From the NCBI RefSeq assembly GCF_009914755.1, contig NC_060927.1: 64,000 nt of DNA; one strand, 5' to 3'. Of the stretch, positions 13,681 through 28,788 are shown one piece after another (position 1 is the stretch's first letter; each line of letters opens with the position of its first letter). The translations under genes were made by a program, and so were the position numbers. The notes below the pieces were generated by a model. It saw only the letters and a list, made by a program, of their open reading frames with translations, was not told the DNA's origin and ran no database searches. Origin of the DNA: the human T2T-CHM13v2.0 reference genome, Homo sapiens.

Positions 13681-15914
13681 TACCAACCAGTATTCAATGA
13701 GCACTTAGAGGGTGTTAGACACTGTTCTAAATTCTTTCTATGAACTCACTCATTTAATTCACATTACAACCCTGAAAATAGGGTCATTCCATTTCAAAGA
13801 TGAGGATAGTGAGGTGCAGAATAGATAAATCCGTTGCCCAAGGTCACAGAGCTATTAAACTATAAGTCCAGTTTCCAGCTCTGGCATACTGGTCTACAGC
13901 CCATGCTCTCATACTATTCTGCTATAACTCACAGGGTAGGCGCTCATGTCATATTTGCTAAGTGAATCAAAAAAATAAACAGAAACGTTCTTTCCCCTTC
14001 CCTCACTCCCATCCTTACCTAGAGGTCCTTCCTATGGGACCCAGCTCTCTATGACCAGCCACCCCTTACAGAATGTGGCTGATCCTCAAGGAATGGTCAT
14101 GTTCCCAGCCTCATCATTCCACACCAGCATCCTTCACCAGGGACCAGCTCACAGTCTCCAGTTGTCCTGTGGTGTGGCCTCTGCCTAAGGCAGCCAGTTC
14201 CAATTCCAGCTCTACTATATACCTGGTCCCAGTGTGTGACTTGAGCCCTGACCTCTAATTTGCAACTAATGCCTTCGTCCCCCACTCTGCCCTTGGTGTC
14301 TCTTGCCCAGGCACCAGCCCCTGGACCATCTCTGCTTGTCTGCCTTGTCTTTCCTACCTCTGACCTTGGCACATCATCTTGGACTGCCACCTCTGACTTC
14401 TGGCATTCACAGCTGTGCTCGCATGCTTCTCTTTAGCATTGGCAAACAGACAAATCAACAAGCCAGCTGTCACAGGAGAGAAAATGCCTATCCCTTCAGC
14501 TAAAGCCGTTGTGCAAGTCTTCTGACTGTTATTATGACCCTTCTTGTGAGGAATATCAGGCCAGTTAAGTGCATGGCTTTGCAGTTGATCACACCTGGGA
14601 TCAAGTCCTCGCCATCTGTGGCGACTACAAAAGGGTTACTTCTATAAACCTTAGTGTACCCATATGTAAAATGGGTATAATGATCAGATTTATCTCACAG
14701 CATTTAAAGAAGCATTCTACATGAAGCCATTAGCATGTCAGGTCATAGCCAGTGGTCTATTATGATTATCATTGGTTACAATCAACATCAGAAGCAGCAG
14801 TACATTTACCATGGTCATTCACATCAGCCATAGCACAGTGTTTAAGGGCACAAGCTCTGTAGCTAGAATGCCCAAGTTTAAATTCTGCTTTTCTACTTCC
14901 AAGCAATGTGGCCTTGGGCTATTCAGCCTCTCAGTGCCTCATGTACACCATCTGTAAAATGGGAATAACAACCATGCCTACCTCATAGGGTTGTTGTGAG
15001 GACTGAGTGAGTTTAGTTTATGGAAAGTACTTAGAAAAACATCCAGTCCATATAAACACTCAATAATGTCAGTTGTTCTTGATGTTGTTATTATTTCTAC
15101 TTCTAATGCTATGATTACGCAGGCTGCAAGCTGCTTTAGAGGCATGTTTAGGGGCTGGCAAAGTTAAAGCGCTTCTGCAAGGCTTCTGCATTGCAGTGGT
15201 ATAAATGGTGGCTGTGCCAGCCTGAGTCACTCCGTGTAAGCATAAGGGATGAATTGTGTTTTCCAAGGAGAAGGGACTGTACACTCCCAGTTCTAAACAC
15301 ATTGGGAGAGGCCAAAGCCCAGATCTGAGGCTGACAAGCCAGTGCAGCTATCTGTTTTTTCAGATCTGTTCTGAGGAAAAATGCTGCCCACAGAAAGATC
15401 ACACTTCATGCCAGATTAAACACTACAGACTTATTCAATAACATAAGTTACTGACCATGGAAGAAAAAAGAATCCATCATCTTGAAATCTAGCTTTATCT
15501 GAAGGATCAAGGTGCTTTCACTAAGCCTTTTGTGGCACGTACCTGGTATTCAGACTGTGATTCTAGGATTTAAAGATATGCAGATAGTTTAGAATGCTAT
15601 TAAAAAAAAAACTACTGAATTTTCTAGCAAAATTCAAATGTAAACAGTGAGGGACAGCAGCAAAAACACCAACTTTCCAAGTCTAGTCCTCGGTGTATGG
15701 GTGTGCAGAGTAGGATGTGAAAGGCTATGTAGGGTCTGCTCCAATGAGGAATGATGAAGCTGTGCTTAGAATATTAGCCACCATCTTTCTTCTGACACTG
15801 TCATATCTGACAGAACCATAGAAACGCACACAAAATGACTTTCTTTAATTCCCTGTTTTTCATGGTTTTCTCAGGCTGGTTAGGAAAAAAGGAGCCTGCA
15901 GGAGGAGTATTTTC

Positions 15915-16223
15915 TTTCTTTCTTTCTTTTTTTTTTTTTTTTTAGACAGAGTTTTGCTCTGTCAAAAGGCTGGGGTGCAGTGGTGTGATCCTGGCTCACT
16001 GAAACCTCCGCCTCCTGGGTTCAAGTGATTCTTGTGCCTCAGCCTCCCAAAAAGCTGGAACTACAGTCATGCACCACCATGCCTGGCTAATTTCTGTATT
16101 TTTAGTAGAGACGGGGTTTTGCCACGTTGGCAAGGCTGGTCTTGAACTTCTGGCCTCAAGTGATCCACCTGCCTTGGCCTCCCAAAGTGTTGAGATTACA
16201 GGTGTGAGCCACCACGCCTGGCC
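15915..16223 (-). mobile_element. AluS
   Basis: Full dimer; flanked by GGAGTATTTTC direct repeats. Confidence 0.9.
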
Positions 16224-16699
16224 CATGCAGGAGTATTTTCAAATCTAAAATGCAAACCTGCACAGCTGGTGGATGGTGGGAGAAGTTAGTAGCCACAACA
16301 GGTCAAAACTTGAATCAGTGTGTTTGGGAGGAGAAAGAATTAATAATAATAAAAAGTCGCAGGTAACCATTATAGAAGGTCATATGTGTCAAAGACTATA
16401 TTAATGATTTTAAACGCAATTATCATTTAACCCTCACCAAAGCTATACAAAGGAAGTACTACAGGAACACCTTTATCCACTTATTCACAAAATTCCATGG
16501 ATGAGGAAATTGAGTTTTGCAGAGTTTAAGTGACTTGTTCAAGGCCACACAACTCCTAAATGATGAAGGCTTGATCTCATCCCAGCAAGTGTGACTCCAG
16601 AACCAGTAATCCTAACTATTAATTAATTAGAAAGACAAAAAATTAGGGCTCATGTAAGAACTTCAGAGACTAATGATGGCTTAATATCGTGCCCATCTT

Positions 16700-16926
16700 A
16701 TCAGTTCACTCTGTCATCTGCACCTTCTAGCAGGGTCACCTCTAGCCACAGGAGGCTATTGAAATTTAAAAGAATTAAAATTAAATAAAATTTAAACTTC
16801 AGGCCATTGCTGTTGAGTACTTAAAATGTGTCTAGTGCAACTAATGGCCTGAAATTTTAATTTCATTTAATTTTAATTCGTTTAAATTTCCACAGCCCCA
16901 TATGGCTGCCATATTAGACAGTGCTG
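16700..16926. mobile_element. MER3/MER33-like hAT element with an internal inverted duplication
   Basis: tagccaca..ggctatt, ttaaaatgtgtctagtgcaact, atattagacagtgctg. Confidence 0.6.
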
Positions 16927-18712
16927 ATCTCAGGAGTTTTTTTCCCTCAGTTTTATCAGGCATGGCCAGGGTTGCTTCCCAAAAATCTGAGGCAAAGGGG
17001 CATTAGTTGCTTTGCCCAAGGATCCTAGAAAATCATGAGAGTAAATCTCCCATGATGTCTTCTTTAGGAATGGAAACCGCGTCCACTCCCTCCTTAGGAA
17101 TGGAAATTGAGTGTCTTCCTCACTTGCCCTTTCCAGCATTCCTCAACCTCTAGCCCTTCTGATTTCCTCATGAGCCACAACGTGAGGATGATACAGTCAG
17201 AGCAGACAAACCCAGGCACATCTCCCCTCAGACAATGGTGCACATCAGCCTCAGCAGAGATCTGCTTAACATGCAGATTCCTGGGCCCCACCTCTGTAGA
17301 GTTCTGATGCAAGGGGTTAGGGGGAGGCCCAGGAGCCTATGTTTGAATCAAGCACACCCATGATTCTAATGCAGGTGGTCTAGCTTTGAGAAACTCTTCT
17401 TCAGAGGCTGAAGTATATATTTATCTGCTGTCCTCTTAAATAATTATAGCACATAAATCTTTCGAGAATAACATAACCTGGGCTGGAAGCCAGGCAGTCA
17501 TCACTCTGCACTAATTGCTCCCTTCTAAGACATCAGGCAAGGCGCTTAGTCACCAAGGCCTCATTTTTTTTTTTTTTTTTCCATCTGAAACATGGGGATG
17601 AGGATATCTACTCTTTGTTCTTGGACAAATGGGAACACAGATGTGGATGTATTTGAGGAGGATAGAAAGTAAAACCCACTGCATGGACAAGCTACAACTC
17701 AGAGCCTCATTTTGTTTGTCTAGCAGTGTTGAAATAGATTTCATATTTTTAAAAATCCACATTTTTAACTTCTCTGGAAAAACTGGAAGATCTGACAGGA
17801 TGGGGCTTGTATTAGACTGGCAGCCTGGTGTGATTAAGAGCAAGGTTCTGAAATCATATGCACAGGTTCAAATCCCTGCTCTACCACTCTGAAAGCTGAG
17901 TGACTTTGGGTGAGTCCCTCAACCTCTCCATTTCTGTTTCTTCAACTCTGAAATGAGAATCATAACAATATTCCTCCCTCACAGTGTTATGACAATGTAA
18001 TTAGGCAAGCTAATATTTATGACGTGCTCAGAACAATGTTTGACACATTGCAAGAGCTATATAAAGGTTAGGTGGATACATAAATATCCCAGCACATGGC
18101 AACAAGCAGCTGGAGCTGAGCAGTGGCCGTCCCCTTCAAATGGGGCTAACATTATCACAGTCTCTATCCAGACACCATCGGCTATGGAATCCTTGCTGTA
18201 AGGGGCAGACGTATATCTCCCTCCTCTGGTACCTTGCCCACAAAGGGGCAGATATACTTAGCACATCTTAGAGCGCTACTCTTCTCAAGCTATCAGTGGT
18301 GAAGGACCAGTTTGTTTTCATTTTCAATCCCTTGTGGACCGACATATGGCCCTGCTGAGCATGTCTGAGACACAGCACAAAGCACAAAGAGCTCAGTATG
18401 TGAGTTCTATAACACCCTGATGGGTCTATAACCTGATCAATAAGACAAGCCTGCTGAAAACGCACTTGGATGGCACCGCAACATCGAACTGCTATAAGTT
18501 TCTAACACTTCCAGTTTCAGTACTAATCTCGCTGCTGATAGGTGTTAAGTACTAATCTCACTGCTGATGGGTGATAGTTCTCAGCCAGTGTTATCCTCAG
18601 ATTCTGCTTTAAGTAGCACTATCACAGAGAAAATCTACGTTACTCTATTTTTTCCCACATTTAAAAATATTTTTTAAATAATGTTTAAAATATTAAATCA
18701 ATAATATTAAAA

Positions 18713-19257
<545 letters not shown>

Positions 19258-20075
19258 TAGCCAAACATTTCTTATGTCTTTATCTGCACTTTGAAGCCAG
19301 TTCCCTGGTGAGAAACAGGTTCAGAACAGTCTCAGAAGCTGTCATGGATGCTTTGGTGCCCCAGGCAGCACCACGCTGGGGCAACTGGGCTCCAGGTGCT
19401 GTGAGTACTGCCATCAGCTCACAGCTACACCTTCTCCACCTTCATATGGTACAAGGGGCAAACAAGTTCCCTTGGACCTCTTTTATAAGGGCATTAATCC
19501 CATTCATGAGGTCTCCACTCTCATGACTTAATCACCTCCCAAAAGGCCCCTTCTCCTAATGCCATCACCTTGGGATTTAGGATCTTAATTTAAGAATTTT
19601 GGGGAAAACATTCAGACCATAGTATTTTCTTTCTTTAATGCTGCCTTTGGCCAACAGGAGCTGCCTTGCCCCAAGCCCACATCCACTATCTCATCCCTTT
19701 GTCACTCCTCAGCAGCCCAAAGCTGATGACCAACTAACACGATGGTACAAAACATCAGCCCCTTCGTCACAAGAAGCAATTGATTCTATAGTGCAACTCA
19801 TCCATCAGAGTCCCCTGTGGGATCAGGCAGAAGCCAGACCCCAGTGAAGACACCATTCCTCACTTGGCTCCTCCCCATGCTCTGTCCTCTTTCTCTCACT
19901 CCCCTTCTCCTGAGAGCACTCCCTCAGTACATCACAGGCATCTGGACCTGTCTCAGGCTTTGTTTACAGGGAAGCCCATCAAAGATAGAAGCCATCTCAA
20001 ACTTGGGTTTACCTTCCTCAGCAGCCTATTAGAAGAGGGCACGTGGCAGAAACAACATTAAAATCCGGAGGACCA

Positions 20076-20413
<338 letters not shown>

Positions 20414-20426
20414 CTATCTGTTTTCA

Positions 20427-21440
<1,014 letters not shown>

Positions 21441-22185
21441 TCAACAATCAGACCCTTATGTAAATGGTATTCACGTCCTATTACGAGAAGTCCTTGTTGT
21501 ACCAGTATGCGCCTTAACTCATTTGCTCCAAGCACAAAGACTCTAGGTTAAAATGGCTTGTCTATGAATCCTTCTGCCTGGGACACATTTCCCCCTGACA
21601 AATAGCAATAGTAATATTAACGTATGATCATGTACTGCTTTAAGAGCTTTATATATGTAAACTCATTTAATCACTCAGCTCCTTGAGCTAGCTTTCTAAT
21701 ATTATTTGCAGTTTTCACATGAGAAAGTAGAGGCAGATGAGGCTAAGTAACTTGGCAGGGTAACATAACTAGGAACCAGAGACGAGATCTGTACCCAGGA
21801 AGTCTTATTCTCAACCATGACATTGACACTATCTCCTTCACTCTAGTTAGGCATCTGCTCAAAAGCCAACTCCTCTGAGAAGTCTTCCTATCCACACTAA
21901 ATAGTGATTCTCCATTACTCTCCACCCTTACCTGCTGGAGTTTTCTTGATAGCATTAATACCGCTTTACATTACAACAGTATATATATGCATCTGTTTAT
22001 TATTTCTCTCCCCCGCTAAAAGTGAAGCTCTATGAGGACAGACTCATTGAGTTTCTACAGCATCTCCAGGACCTGGAACATGGCCTGGTGTATGACAGGG
22101 CTCTTTGTGTGTAGATAGATCGAGTGAATCCCATTACTAGCATATGCTATTCCAATGGGTAAGTCACAGCAGCAACTCAGTGGAT

Positions 22186-22540
22186 GCTATGGTGAATGTT
22201 TTCTTCAGAACTCCTAAGTTTAACACCTAAATCCTAAAGTGATGGCATTAGGAGATGGAGCTTTTTGGGAGGTGACTAGGTCATGAGAGTGGAGACCTCA
22301 TGAATGAGATTAGTGCCCTTATAACAGAGGCCCAAGGGAGCCTGTTTGCTCCTTCCACTATATGATGACTCTGCCAGAAAGTATCATCCAGGAAACAAAA
22401 AACAGGCCCTCAGCAGACACTGTATTTGCTGGTGCCTTGAGTTTGAACTTCCCAGCTTTCAGAACTGTCAGCAATACATTTCTGTTACTCAGAGGCCACC
22501 CAGTCTGTGCTATTCCGTTAAAGCAGTCTCAACAGACTTA
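22186..22540 (+). mobile_element. MLT1A-type MaLR solo LTR
   Basis: tgctatgg...ggtcatgagagtggagacctcatgaatgagattagtgcccttataa...aacagactta. Confidence 0.75.
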
Positions 22541-23584
22541 GTGGGAAATAAAAATGTGGATTTCAACTCTTGTTAAGGAAAAATCTGCTTTCGGTAAAGA
22601 AAAACCTAGACACGGTATTGCCAAAGCTACTGCCCCTCTGGGAGCGTAAGTACCCTTTGCTTAATTTCATCAGGGAAGGAAGAGGTACGATTCCTCCCTG
22701 TGACAGGCCTGCGCCAGGTTTATATAGCCTGGCCACACTGCGTACTAAGGGAGCCTCCCACAGCCCCAGGGGTTCTGCCTTCTCATCATCTCTGCCCTCT
22801 TCTGGTTATAGGACTTCCTCTCCCTGTGGGACACCATTTCCCTGCCATCTTCAGGCCGTGAGCTTTGGGTGGGGCAAAAGCTGATCTGGGGCCCAACATA
22901 GGCCAGCAAAAAAAATCTGCTCTCCTGGCACCCAGGGACTGATTCAGGGGTGGGCAAGTGACCTGCACTAAGCCAACACCTCTCATTGCTTTTTCTAAGG
23001 CAGGACTTTTGCTAAGGCAGTCACACAGCAGGCTCTTTTTATAGCAGCAGTAAAACTGGCAGAATGGAAACTGGGAGCTGCTGGGGCCCCTTCCCGTGGG
23101 GAGAGCCTGCTGGGAATATAGCCTCAAGCTATGACTGTAGGGTGGACCAGGACCCCTGCATTCTCCTGATGCGTAATGATACACGGCTTCCCAGAAAAAG
23201 GGACTAATGTGGCCTTTATCTTCAGTGGCTGAGAGTTCCTGAGCCTGGACTTTCAAGGAAGAACTTCTGGAGACTTGTCTAAAGAGGCAATGAACCAGAA
23301 ATTAGGGAGAAGAAGAGAATTGCAAGAACAAAAGGCCACCGGCCCAAGCAGCCTACCTTTCTCCTCCCTGACTCACTTTTGTGTCAATGGAGCCCAGGGA
23401 GAGAGGAATGAGGGCAATTCTTCTCGTATTAGCTCTTCCCCAAACTATGGGGTTCTCTTTTCATTTTGAAACCTGGCCTTAGAGACTAAGAGGGGATTTT
23501 TTTTTATAGGGATAGGAGCAGCCACAAGGGTCACCCCAAGTGGGAGACAGGAAACTGTGTGAATCAACTGAATCAACTCCATCT

Positions 23585-23613
23585 TTTTTTTTTTTTTTTT
23601 TTTTTGAGACGGA
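23585..23613 (-). mobile_element. Extremely 5'-truncated Alu insertion (terminal TCCGTCTC plus poly-A)
   Basis: T-run followed by GAGACGGA, flanked by perfect repeats ATCAACTCCATCT (23572-23584, 23613-23625). Confidence 0.8.
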
Positions 23614-24659
23614 TCAACTCCATCTCTTACAGCACCAGTGCTCCCCAGCAGAGTGAGAAATAACCAGCTGGGGCGGGGCTAGAAACAGACAACCCCGAGC
23701 GCCGTGGACACTTCCTCCCCAGACCCTTGGGAGAAAGCTGAGGCAGACATCACAGGGACATGGGACTCTGTAGTAGTTAAGCATAAGCCTTCAGGACTCT
23801 GATGAACACAGGTTCAAATCCCAGCTCCATCCCACAGCAGCTGGTTGTAAAGATGCTGACGGCCATCTGCTTGGGTTCAAATCTTGACTCTGCTGCATTC
23901 CAGCTGTGTGACCCTAGGCAAATTGCTTCATTTCTCTTTGTTTTGGTCTCCCCATCAGTACAATGGGGATAATCATAGTACTTGGTAATGGAGTTAACAT
24001 GCATGGAGTGCTGAGAACTGGGCCTACTGACCACTCTTCTTTTATTGCATTAGGTCTGAAAGCCTGCCTCTCTCTTCGCTGAGGGTCACTGCCCAGATGC
24101 ATTCCAAGAAATAACTAGGAGGCTGCTCTGTCTCTCCTGCCCTCTCCCACCCTCCTTCTTCCTCCTCCTTCTTCTCACTCCCTTTCTCAAATGCCAAGAG
24201 TGCAGAGAGCTCATGATGGCATCCCTGGGTCCTTTGGTGAGCTCTAATCAGCACAGCATCCAGAGCAGCTGCGGCTATCCCCACTCCCTGTTAGAGGTAC
24301 ACAGGAAGTCCAGTCCCTCTGGTCTGTCTGCCACCAGCTGCTTCTCCAAGCTTTGGCAAGCACACATGCTCAGATGCAGCAGCAAGGGCCTAGTTCCTCG
24401 GGATGGGGGCCTCATGGAAGGAAGGGCTCAGTTTGGGAGAGTGGAGGGGAGGCATATCATAAAGCGGCCTGGCAGGCAGCAGAACGTGGTCCCCGATAAA
24501 CATCGATGTCAGATGGTCCTCTGAACTGCTCCTGAACTCTAAACATCTGGAAAAGGGCTCTGCTGTTCGACATCTAAGCGTTCTTTTTTTATTCCTTCTC
24601 TAAGCCCTTTAAGTACTTCTTGGAGGGTGTGTGTGTCTACTGCTGCCACAGCCTCGGTC

Positions 24660-24759
24660 TGTTTATAGGACTGTTTACTCTGCTGTGCACAGGCAAAAGT
24701 ACCGTTGCCCTAGCAACGGCTGCCTGACGCAGGGCCTGCTCTGAGCGGCTGTATAAATA
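24660..24759. promoter_or_regulatory. Candidate RFX/forkhead regulatory module
   Basis: X-box GTTGCCCTAGCAAC (24704-24717), TGTTTAT (24660), TGTTTAC (24672), TGACG (24725), TATAAATA (24752), in non-repetitive sequence retaining CpGs. Confidence 0.5.
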
Positions 24760-26734
24760 TGGAATATTTGTACAGTATGGTCAGAGGTAAAGCACCCAGT
24801 GACTGAGGTATGCATGCTATATAGAGTGTGCTCTTTCACTGTCACAGGAAAATTATGTTTGGTAAAAAAGTGGATTTAAAACAAACATTAGGGACAGCAT
24901 TTTAACTACAGCAGCAATAATACTGCAGGCCACCATGGTCACCTTTTCTGATAAAACACTGACACCCTTTAATGGATTTAACAGGAAAGGAGGAGAGAAT
25001 GCCAATAAATGTGCTGGGCAGCCAAAGGGCGAAAGAAAGAGAAGAAAACCGAGGGGCCATCTGAGGTGTACATGCTGCAGCAACAGAGAGATTTTTTCTC
25101 TCTGCCAAGTACTGAGCAAAAATTCTAAGTGGCAGTTTCTGGAGAGGCTCTTAGCCTCCAAGGACAGAAACAGGAAAAACAGAAATATGGATGGGAAGGG
25201 GTATTGTTGCCATGGGCTGGTATTCTGCACACATGGCCCCTCTCATCTGAGCAAGTGTGCACTTGCAGACTTGAATCCTCGGTTGGGCAATACTGAGTCA
25301 AGACATTGCGCCATTTTCCCTGACACTGTCCTACCTCTCCCCTTCCACACACGTCTTGTCACTTGTCACAACTGATCTTCGCATTTCCTAACTCTTAGCA
25401 AAAAGAAGGTTTATCTGTTTGACTACTTTGATCTTGTGAGACATGAAAGCTCCTGGGTACTGAGTTGAAGCAACAGGCTGTGAGAGGGGTGAGGTTTTTA
25501 GGGGTTAGGGGATGGGAAATTTGCCATCACCTAAGCCCCCAGAAGGAAATGCAGCTGAACAGAGGTCTTCACAGCAGAGCTTAAGCCCAGGCCTGAGCAT
25601 GTGGGACAAGAATGCCCAATGACAAAGCACCGTTGAGCACACGCTAGCTGTCTTGTCCACAAAGCCAGGGTTTTTATCAGCACACAGAGCTCTCCAAATA
25701 CTAGCTAATTTTTTTATTTGAATACATCACTTCTTATGAACCAAGAAAACAAAGCCACTTTTTTTGGTCCTGATAAAACCTTTTAAGTGGGGCAAAATGG
25801 GCTCCAAAATGGATTATCTCTGTATCTCCTCACTCTAGGTAAGAAATCGGCAGCTTCTGAACAGACTTCTTGGGATTGCACAAGCCACTGGATGATCTGG
25901 CTGTGATCTCACAGACATTCAGCCACTGCCAACTTTTTTATTCCCTCCAAGGTTGGCTCCTTCCCAAGGTGCCAGAAAAGGCAAGTTGAATGAAGAAGCC
26001 ACAATGCAGTATGATCTGGAACAGCGTTAAAGGGTTGAACAAATTGGGTATTTGCAGAGGGAAAATGATTTTCACCATCTCAGATCTGCCACTTATTGGG
26101 GGAGTTAATAGTTTATGGACTATTTGAAGTTCATTTGCTTTGCATTTGGCTGGAGTAGCTTTTGCTATTTTTTTTTTTTTAAAGACATACTTGCCAGAAG
26201 CCACTGGGTTTCCTTGACAATCCCTCTCCACCAAGAGACCACTTTGGTTCCTCCTCTGCAAATCCCCAACTTGTCCCAAGGAGGCTATGGAAGATATCTG
26301 TTTAGATTTTCCTTCTGAGCTTCCCCCACTGCCCTGAGCCTCGGTTGTGGGACTGTATGGCACATAGTCCCCACTTGGAGGTGGGCCCTTGACCAAAGCA
26401 AGGCTGAAAAGATTCTTATTTGGAAGAACTGACCTGAAAACTGGAAGAGACACAGTTCCTCTCCTTTTGAGAATGCAAATACTAAGACTAGTATCACTAG
26501 TGAGTCATCTCGACCATTAGGTGAAGACAGCTTCTCCCAAATGATGTTAACAGAAGGCAAATTAAGCTGAGATACAGAGAAAAAAATCGGTTTTGTCTGA
26601 ACCCTTGATCCACCCCTATCTGAAGCTAGTATACTTCTTGGCCTTTCTAGTGTCGTGAATCAAGAAATTCCCTTTTTCAGTTAAGTTAGCATGAGTTGGG
26701 TTTCTAACACTTGCAATCAAAGATACTTTAACTA

Positions 26735-27103
<369 letters not shown>

Positions 27104-27872
27104 TTAAACAAAAATCCATATGGATATGTTTATTCTGTATGTATATCAGTTCCTATACATGGATTTACCTAAAGCATAATTAAACATGATTTCTGGCCTA
27201 GCCAGTAATTAACTTAACCACATTTAATAAGAGAAAGAATGTTCTACCCTGGAGAATATAAGGCAGGATCAAAAACTGACAGCTCACAGGCACATTGGAC
27301 ATACATATCTGCTTCATTTGGCCTGGCCATATTATTTTTTTAAATGGAAAATATCATATTAACACTTGTAATCCTGGTTTATCTTTTGAAAACACAACAT
27401 TTGCAATGCTCAGTGCACATTCCTACATGGCAGTAATAAACTAGAGCTAAGAAGAGAGGCTGCTGCTTTCCAATGAGTGGCAAGTTCTCCAGTTTGTCAT
27501 ATTCTTCACCCTTCCCTATTGCCTTAAAATAAGTCACCTTCATTTACAGCACCTGCCAGGCCCTCACAAGTGTTTGCATTTTCCCCCAATATAGAGTTTT
27601 TAAAATTTCAAAGCACAGATTTCAAAATTTACTATAAAGCTACAGTAATCAAGCCAGCATGGCACTGGCATAAGGCTGGGCATATAGATGAATAGGTATC
27701 CAGATTTAAACTCATACATACATGGTCAATTAATTGTTGAAAAGGAGGCCAAGACCATTCCATGGGGAAAAGAATAGTTTTCTCAACAAACAGAGCTGGG
27801 ACAACAGGAGAGCCTCATGTAAAATAATGAATTCAAACCCCTACCTTACATCATACATAAAAATTAACTCAA

Positions 27873-28224
<352 letters not shown>

Positions 28225-28483
28225 TTAGAAGAAAACACAGGTGTAAATCTTTATGATCTTGAACTAGGCAATGGTTTCTTAGATATGATGCTAAAAGCAT
28301 AAACAACAAAAAATAACGTAGACTTCATCAAAATTAAAAACTTTATGCTTCAAAGGACATCATCGAGTAAGTGAAAACACAGCTATAGAATGGGAGAAAA
28401 TATTTGCCAATCATCTATCTGATGATGGACTAGTATACAGAATATATACAAATCACTCTTACAACTCAATAATGAGAAAAATA

Positions 28484-28788
28484 GGCCAAGTACAGTGGCT
28501 CACACCTGTAATCCCAGTGCTTTGAGAGGCTGAGGTGTGTGGATCACATGAGGCCAGAAGTTTGAGATGAGCCTCACCAATATGGTGAAACGCCATCTCT
28601 ACTAAAAATACAAAAATCAGCTGGGTATGGTGGTGCATGCTTCTAATCCCAGCTACTCAGGAGGTTCGGTCAGGAGAATTGCTTGAACCTGGGAGGTAGA
28701 GGCTGCACTGAGCCAAGATCATGCCACTGCACTCCAGCCTGGGTGACAGAGTGAGACTCTGTCATAAAAAAAAAAAAAAAAAAAAAAA
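28484..28788 (+). mobile_element. Alu within L1
   Basis: Full dimer with A tail. Confidence 0.88.

Noticed and set aside
15110-15260. TATAAA and AP-1 TGAGTCA in a non-repetitive stretch
   Set aside because: Two short motifs alone are expected by chance in 64 kb; not enough to call.
18519-18576. Imperfect 29-bp tandem duplication (also a short duplication at 56323-56358)
   Set aside because: Ordinary slippage-type duplications with no motif or spacer structure; not CRISPR-like.
22786-23256. 156-aa minus-strand ORF
   Set aside because: Non-ATG start, no recognisable domain and no convincing splice-site pair; treated as a chance intronic ORF.
25938-26453. 171-aa minus-strand ORF
   Set aside because: Runs through a homopolymer, resembles no protein I know and does not fit the PRICKLE2 exon chain.
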